Source: Octopus vulgaris (lineage: Eukaryota). From it: a stretch of 64,000 nt of DNA. The notes below the pieces were generated by a model. That model was not told the DNA's origin. It was given only the letters and a program-made list of their open reading frames with translations, and ran no database searches. Positions 56,734-64,000 of the stretch are shown in pieces. The DNA lies in the NCBI GenBank assembly GCA_951406725.2, contig OX597819.1, positions 8,556,001-8,620,000 of the forward strand, written 5' to 3'. Position numbers and translations under genes: made by a program. Each line of letters begins with the position of its first letter. Position 1 is the stretch's first letter.

Positions 56734-57055
56734 AGGTGGCGAGCTGGCAGAAACGTTAGCACGCCGGGCAAAGTGCTTAGCGGTATTTCGTCTGCCGCTA
56801 CCTTCTGAGTTCAAATTCCGCCGAGGTCAACTTAGCCTTTCATCCTTTCGGGGTCGATTAAATAAGCACCAGTTACGCACTGGGGTCGATATAATCGACT
56901 TAATCCGTTTGTCCGTCCTTGTTTGTCCCCTCTGTGGGTAGCCCCTTGTGGGCAGTAAAGAAATAGGTATTTCGTCCGTCTGAGTTCAAATTCCAATTCC
57001 ACCGAGGTCGACTTTGTCTTACGTCATTTCGGGGTCGATAAATTAAGTACCAGTA
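56734..57055 (+). mobile_element. Composite SINE B (B2 followed by an older headless body)
   Basis: Junction AAAGAAATA|GGTATTTCG at 56965/56966. Confidence 0.88.
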
Positions 57056-57661
57056 CTGAGAACGGTCGTTAAAATAAAATGCAAGTCAAGTTCTAGGGTC
57101 ATTGAAATGTACTAAGCGGCTAACCTTAAAATTGCTGGTCTTCTGCTGAAATATGGAAACAATTATCGACTTCATTCCTCTGTTTTTAATCAACATCGTA
57201 ATTTGAAGATCTTTAAAAAAGTCGACACTTGTAGTAGATTTAGCGCGTTTAGGTTTGGCATCAACAACGAAAATGAATGAGCGCTTCCATGATTTTTGAT
57301 TCAACTAATTTGTACAACATATAACCATTGGCTATGCGGGAGGTGGGAGGTGGTTATATGGAGGGAGAGTGAGAGAAGGAGGCATAGAGTATTGTGGGGC
57401 ATATAACAATAATGAACAGCTTGCACGCACTCTCCTCTCTCTCTACCCTCCCTCTCTCTTTCTCCCCTTTCACTCTCACCCTTTTGTCTCATTCATTACT
57501 TCTCTTCTCTCATAATCAGTGAACAAGTGACTGCTGTAACTACCACTCATTTGCACTTAAGCCTGAAGTGAGAATACACCACTCTGCTCTAAACAAACAC
57601 GCGCGCTTTCTCGTGTGCACATGCGCACATATACACACATGCATGGCTACACATATGTGTA

Positions 57662-57708
<47 letters not shown>

Positions 57709-57901
57709 TCTTTTACTCTTTTACTCTTTTACTTGTTTCAGTCATTTGACTGCGGCCATGCTGCAGCACCGCCTTTAGTCGAGCAAATCGACTTATTCTT
57801 TGTAAGCCCAGTACTTATTCTATCGGTCTCTTTTGCCGGACCGCTAAGTGACGGGGACGTAAACACACCAGCATCGGTTGTCAAGCATGTTAGGGGGACA
57901 A

Positions 57902-57951
<50 letters not shown>

Positions 57952-58154
57952 TTCGTTTTTGAATTTGGTTTGCAAGATTCTTTATATGAGTTCGTGTGTT
58001 GAAGCATATTTTACACACGCCGGTAAAATTTCCACTTTTTTCTTATTTTTTATTGTCCTAAAATTTTCGTTGCGTCTTCAAATTTTACCGGTGTGTGTGT
58101 TAAATAATAAGGCACAAAAAGAAAATGACTCTCCCCAGACACAACAGTATATAC

Positions 58155-58216
<62 letters not shown>

Positions 58217-58730
58217 ATATATTTTCGTGTGTCTTTGTGCTTATGTTTTCGCACTCCCGCCCTCACTTCATGACAACTTGTTCTGGTCTTATTTTTCCCG
58301 CCCCCGTAATTTAGCGGTTCGGCAAAAGAAGTACATCGAAAGAAAACAAGGCTCTAAAGCTGTTACAGAAAGTACTGGACTCAATTTGTTCGCCTACAAC
58401 CCTTCAAGGAGGCCGCCCAGCATGGCTACAATCCAGTGACTATAACAAAGTATAAGAGATAAAAAGATAAAGTATATACATGGTTGTGTGTGTGTGTGTG
58501 TGTTTAGAGAGGGAAGAGAGCGGGAGACTGAATGTAAGGGTAAAATCCTCGTTTCCCGGCAATTCACACACTCATTGACTTGCCTAATTAGATAAAATTT
58601 CTCAATCGATTTTTATCCATTCATGTAATCAGTAGTGAAATTGAAGCCACTATTCATTCTATGTGTGCTTGCGAGTGCATGTGTGAGTGTGTGTATATGT
58701 ACATACATCTATTCATATACTTACACAAGG

Positions 58731-58789
<59 letters not shown>

Positions 58790-58963
58790 TATATGCATAT
58801 ATAAATATATATACATATATAAACATTTATGTGCATGTGGATGGATAGATAGACCGATAGTCACACTCAAATAATACAGAAGTATGTGTGTATGCACACA
58901 CACACACACACATATATATACATGTATGTAAATGTGTTTGTGCGTGCGTGCGTGCGTGTGTGT

Positions 58964-59013
<50 letters not shown>

Positions 59014-59016
<3 letters not shown>

Positions 59017-59350
59017 GGCGCATGGCTCAGTGGTTAGAGCGTCGAGCTTACGATCGTGAGGTTGTGAGCTCGAATCCCGGACCGGGCTGCGTGTTGTGTT
59101 CTTGAGCAAAACACTTTATTTCACGTTGCTCCAGTTCACTCAGCTGTAGAAATGAGTTGCGACGTCACTGGTTCCAAGCTGTATCGACCTTTGTCTTTCC
59201 CTTGGATAACACTGGTGGCGTGGAGAGGGAGGCCGGTATGCATGGGCGACTGCTGGTCTTCCATAAACAACCTTGCCCGGACTTGTGTCTAGGAGGGTAA
59301 CTTTCTAGGTGCAATCCCATGGTCATTCATGACCGAAGGGGGTCTTTACC

Positions 59351-59354
<4 letters not shown>
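59014..59354 (+). mobile_element. tRNA-derived SINE family F with CORE-like central segment, inserted in (TA)n
   Basis: TGGCTCAGTGGTTAGAGC A-box and GCTCGAATCCCGG B-box, followed by TGTGTTCTTGAGCAAAACACTT...CAGCTGTAGAAATGAG. Confidence 0.85.
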
Positions 59355-59387
<33 letters not shown>

Positions 59388-60078
59388 TTTATACATGCAC
59401 GCGCACACACATACACGCATATACCTATGTACATGCAAAGAGACTGACATATATCTTTTTAGTGAAAACAACTAAGCTTGAGGACTTGAACTACATGCTG
59501 TCTTTATCTGTTTACATTGGGAGGAGGAAAGTGATGAGGCAAGTTTCAGAATAATGAGGATGAAATGCTGCTATTAGAATTCATTTTATTAATTTCTTTC
59601 TTTTTTTTTTTTTTGAAGAATACATTTTTGAACCATTATAATTATTATAAAGCGGCGAACCGGCAGAAACGTTAGCACGCCAGATGAAAAGCTTAGCAGT
59701 ATTTCGACTGTCTTTACGTTCTGAGTTCAAATTCCGCCGAGATTGACTTTGCCTTTCATCCTTTCGGAGTCGATAAATTAAGTACCAGTTGCGTGCTGGG
59801 TCGATCTAATCTACTGGCCCCCTTCCCCCATAATTTCGGGCCTTGTGCCTAGAGTAGGAAAGATAATTATTATTATCCTAGTGGATATGCCGAGCATCGA
59901 TCAAAGAAAGATGTCTCGCACTATGTGTCACGGAAATTTGCAGTTTAAGGTCCTCTCCAACCAAAATTGATTTTGGATTTAATTGTTCGGAGTTAGATGA
60001 AATAAAGCACTAGTGAACTAGTGGTTAAGAAATTCACTTTGCAAACTTTGGTTCGGCACCTTCAGCAAAGTCTATTAC

Positions 60079-60462
60079 CAGTGTTTCTCAACCTTTTTTT
60101 GTTTTTACCTATAGATCCCTTTGATTTCTATTTTACTTGGATGAATCTTCCTAGCCAATCACCATTTAAAAAAATCTTATCATAATTTATTAATTAAATA
60201 TTAAAAGGAACTGTATTAAAAAAATTGTTAAAATATTTTGTGTACTGCAGAAGTATATATTTCTTTACTATAAAAAGAGATCTGTGCATCGGCCGGGAAT
60301 CGAACCCGGGCCGACCGCGTGGCAGACGAGCATTCTACCACTGAACCACCGATGCTCACTGAACCACCTGCAGAAGTATAACCGATTTATTGCTGTTAAT
60401 TTTAACAGCAAAATCTTATGTTGGCCTGTAAAGGCCATGTGAACCTCGGTTGAGAACCACTG
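60079..60462. mobile_element. hAT (Charlie-like) MITE, itself inside a decayed SINE A
   Basis: TIRs CAGTGTTTCTCAACC / GGTTGAGAACCACTG; flanks 60020-60078 and 60463-60535 align to family A. A lone similar TIR lies at ~33531-33545. Confidence 0.85.
60285..60355 (-). tRNA. tRNA-Gly(GCC) sequence, most likely a retroposed copy
   Basis: GCATCGGTGGTTCAGTGGTAGAATGCTCGTCTGCCACGCGGTCGGCCCGGGTTCGATTCCCGGCCGATGCA folds as a cloverleaf with anticodon GCC. The anticodon stem has a C27-U43 mismatch and a U31-G39 pair. No CCA; a trailer and T5 follow; flanked by a 13-bp TSD. Confidence 0.93.
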
Positions 60463-60961
60463 GTCTTTCCTAAAACTCTGGTCTGACTACAGAGCGTGAG
60501 TGAATTTGGCAGACGAAAGCCTGTCTTATGTGTGTGTGCTGACAATTTGTAAGACTTTGGAGAAATTCGTACTCACGTAATTGTTTCAAATTTTAGCACA
60601 ATGGGATACTAATTGACTGATACTTTATCTTATCGACCCCAATTGGTCGAAGGCCAAATTTGATCTCAGCCGCATTTGAAATCACAACGTAGAGAACCGG
60701 AAGAAATGACTCCAAGCGCTTTGTCCGACCCGCTAACTATTTTGCCAGTCAGCGGCGTTAACGTGCATTCACATAGCAAATGATTTGACTTGAGATTCTA
60801 CTACGATTCGAAACCAGATGTCGATGTATTATTCCACAGGTTCTGAATGGAATATGCCGCCCATATCCTTATACTATACACACACACACACAAATATAGA
60901 CATATATACATATATATACATACATATACACAAATACATAAACTTATATACATATATGCAT

Positions 60962-60995
<34 letters not shown>

Positions 60996-61606
60996 TATTA
61001 CTCTTACTCTTACTCTTACTTGTTTCAGTCATTTGACTGCGGCCATGCTGGAGCACCGCCTTTAATCGAGCAACTCGACCTCGGGACTTATTCTTTTGTA
61101 AGCCCAGTGCTTATTCTATCGGCCTCTTTTGCCGAACCGCTAAGTAACGGTATACATATATATATCTTAGATGCTTTCTCGTATAGGAGCAAAGCCATTG
61201 CTAGAAAGAATCATTGAAATGAGTTACACACACACACACACACGTTTATATTGTTTTCAAATATAACAAGTTCAAAGGCAGCAAAATCGTTAGCACGCCG
61301 GACAAAAATACTTAGCGGCATTTCGTACGGCTTTACGTCCTGAGTCCAAACTCTGCCGGTGTTGCTTTTGTCGTACATCCAGGTTGATGTAATCGACTAT
61401 CACCATACCCGAAAATTTCAGGCCTTGCACCCATATTAGGTATGTAAAAAAAAACAACCTCCAACCAAAGGGGGGACAAAACCAGAAAGGAGAGGAAAGG
61501 ACAATAACTAGTTCTCAGTTACTTAAATTCGTTTTGGGACTTTAAATCAGCTCGATTTGGATTAGATAACACAACTACGATGGGATTTTTTTTTGTCTTC
61601 TCTCTA

Positions 61607-61993
61607 GATGGAAGCACTCCGTCGGTTACGACGATGAGGGTTCCGGTTGATCCGAATCAACGGAACAGCCTGCTCCTGAAATTAACGTGTAAGTGGCTGA
61701 GCACTCCACAGACACGTGTACCCTTAACGTAGTTCTCGGGGATATTCAGCGTGACACAGAGAATGACAAGGCCGGCCCCTTGAAATACGGGTACAACAGA
61801 AACAGGAAGTAAGAGTGAGAGAAAGTTGTGGTGAAAGAGTACAGCAGGGATCACCACCATCCCCTGCCGGAGCCTTGTGGAGCTTTAGGTGTTTTCGTTC
61901 AATAAACACTCACAACGCCCGGTCTGGGAATTGAAACCGCGATCCTATGACCGCGAGTCCGCTGCCCTAACCACTGGGCCATTGCGCCTCCAC
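61607..61993 (-). mobile_element. SINE family E, tail variant 2
   Basis: Near-identical to 48423-48808; direct repeat ACACAACTACGAT at 61569-61581 and 61992-62004. Confidence 0.93.
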
Positions 61994-62809
61994 ACAACTA
62001 CGATATGCTAAGATGTAGTGATATTCATCTCTTTCTTTCGATCATTTTCGGATAATATATTTAGATTTCATTAAAAATTATATGAAACTCATTGCTAATT
62101 ACGTGAATGTGTCATAGGAAATACATAGAATCGTGAACCAAATAGTTGGGGGATCGACTTACACTGGATGACTCTATATTGCAAGGTCTCCCATTTGAGT
62201 ACAATATTGATTGTAAAACTGTACTGTGTGTATGTATGTGTGTGTACCCGTGTCTGTGTGTGTGCGTGCACGCGTGTGTAAAATGGCAGTATATTAGACT
62301 CAACCATTAGAGCGAAGGAGGAAATACCTTCCCCTCTTTATGTACTTCCCTTTCAATTTCACGTTCAAATCACTCCGCAAGCCATTTTCCTTTCATCCGC
62401 TGGGGACTGAGATAATTAAGTGCCAGTGAACGACTGCAATCTGTGCTAGAAGTTTAAACTCCTCCTTCAAAAGGTGTGGCCTATTGTGTATGTAAGAAAT
62501 CCTATGTGTAAATATGTATATGTGCCAATATGAGTGAGTGTGTTAATATCTTCATGTGTACGAATTCTAAGGAGTAATAATTCACAGATGTGCACCAACA
62601 AGTGTATGTATAAGGCTCATTCTTACAATATATCCACTTACAATTCAGCCTTTATGGTCTGCGACACACACAGACACACAGACACATACACACACATACA
62701 CACACACACACAAACAAACACACACAGAGACACATACACACACACACATATTAATGCATGTATGCATATATGTATGTCATATATATATTTATAAATGTAT
62801 ATATATATA

Positions 62810-62895
<86 letters not shown>

Positions 62896-63113
62896 ATTTA
62901 AAGCAGAAATTTATTTTACTGATCATCAGCATGATATCATTTACATATATATATATGTATGTATATATATATATATATATATAAGGAGAACACGTAAGTC
63001 TGTGCTATCGTAATACTATAGTCTTATGAAACCCTAGAATGCCTTTAGTAAATTAGAAGAGAGACTCTCGGGTAAGATGAAAGAAGCCAATCAGCCTAGC
63101 AGGAATGGGCTTC

Positions 63114-63245
<132 letters not shown>

Positions 63246-63611
63246 AGGCAGAGACCGAAAGCGGGAGATACAAACAAAGATGGGAAAAGAAATACCTCAG
63301 GCTGATCTGGCAGCGTGGAGATGATGTTTGTTCTTCGCTTTCGAAGATAGCCAAAACCCCACTTCTTACGCGCCAAAACAAAGTAGAATTCCAGCTTCAG
63401 TCACCTAACCTTTATAGTGAAACTACGAAAGTGGCAGTATTTCTATGTCACAAAAGCATATGATAATCCGAGCGCTGCAACGAAAACTCCACCGAATTTT
63501 TTGGGGTGACTTGAAGAAGCAGGAGCTCTAACATGCACTGAATTCGGATCATAGCAAAGTGGGCTGGTCACCTCGCCTTGATTTTCTGGATTAATGGCAA
63601 GAGGTGGCAAA

Positions 63612-64000
63612 TGGATGGAAGCACTCCGTCGGTTACGACGACGAGGGTTCCGGTTGATCCGAATCAACGGAACAGCCTGCTCGTGAAATTAACGTGTAAG
63701 TGGCTGAGTACTCCACAGACACGTGCACCCTTAACGTAGTTCTCGGGTGGAGATTCAGCATGACACAGAGAGTGACAAGGCCGGCCCTTTGAAATACAGG
63801 TACAACAGAAACAGGAAGTAAGAGTGAGAGAAAGTTGTGGTGAAAGAGTACAGCAGGGATCACCACCATCCCCTGCCGGAGCCTCGTGGAGCTTTTTTAG
63901 GTGTTTTCGCTCAATAAACACTCACAATGCCCGATTCTGGGAATCGAAACCGCGAACCTATGACCGCGAGTCCGCTGCCCTAACCACTGGGCCATTGCGT
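63612..64000 (-). mobile_element. SINE family E, tail variant 2, reaching the window end
   Basis: Near-identical to 61607-61993. Confidence 0.92.

Noticed and set aside
59014-59090. tRNA genes at the heads of families A, B, E and F
   Set aside because: A/B boxes are present, but there is no proper acceptor stem and each head continues into a repeated SINE body.

Overview
AT-rich, microsatellite-saturated eukaryotic DNA. The SINE families and the (TA)n/(CA)n/(TATC)n/(TATG)n load point to an octopus (coleoid cephalopod) genome; this is inferred from repeat content. Almost all ORFs in the supplied track are translations of simple repeats. Real content: dozens of tRNA-headed SINEs (families labelled A, B, D, E, F here); a non-LTR 3'-UTR-like family (C); decayed DNA transposons (irritans-type mariner, DD37D/maT, Tc1, rosa-like, hAT MITE); a decayed RepHel Helitron and a non-autonomous Helitron; a Penelope-like element and hammerhead-bearing Penelope fragments; and CR1-like RT remnants. 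Host-gene candidates are a 3-exon gene end on + (0.7-8.3 kb) and scattered, partly broken exon-like patches on - (29-45 kb). The most unusual observations are: (1) a TSD-flanked chimeric retrocopy of pre-tRNA-Gly fused to the 13-nt tail of the local retroposon system, resembling a SINE caught at birth; (2) a SINE that repeatedly inserts into one fixed site of its own family, seeding a 192-bp tandem array; (3) three templated insertions within 6 kb, two of them patches matching neighbouring transposons inside a Helitron ORF and one an iterated fold-back of a Penelope YRDD motif. All calls were made by eye and no database search was run.
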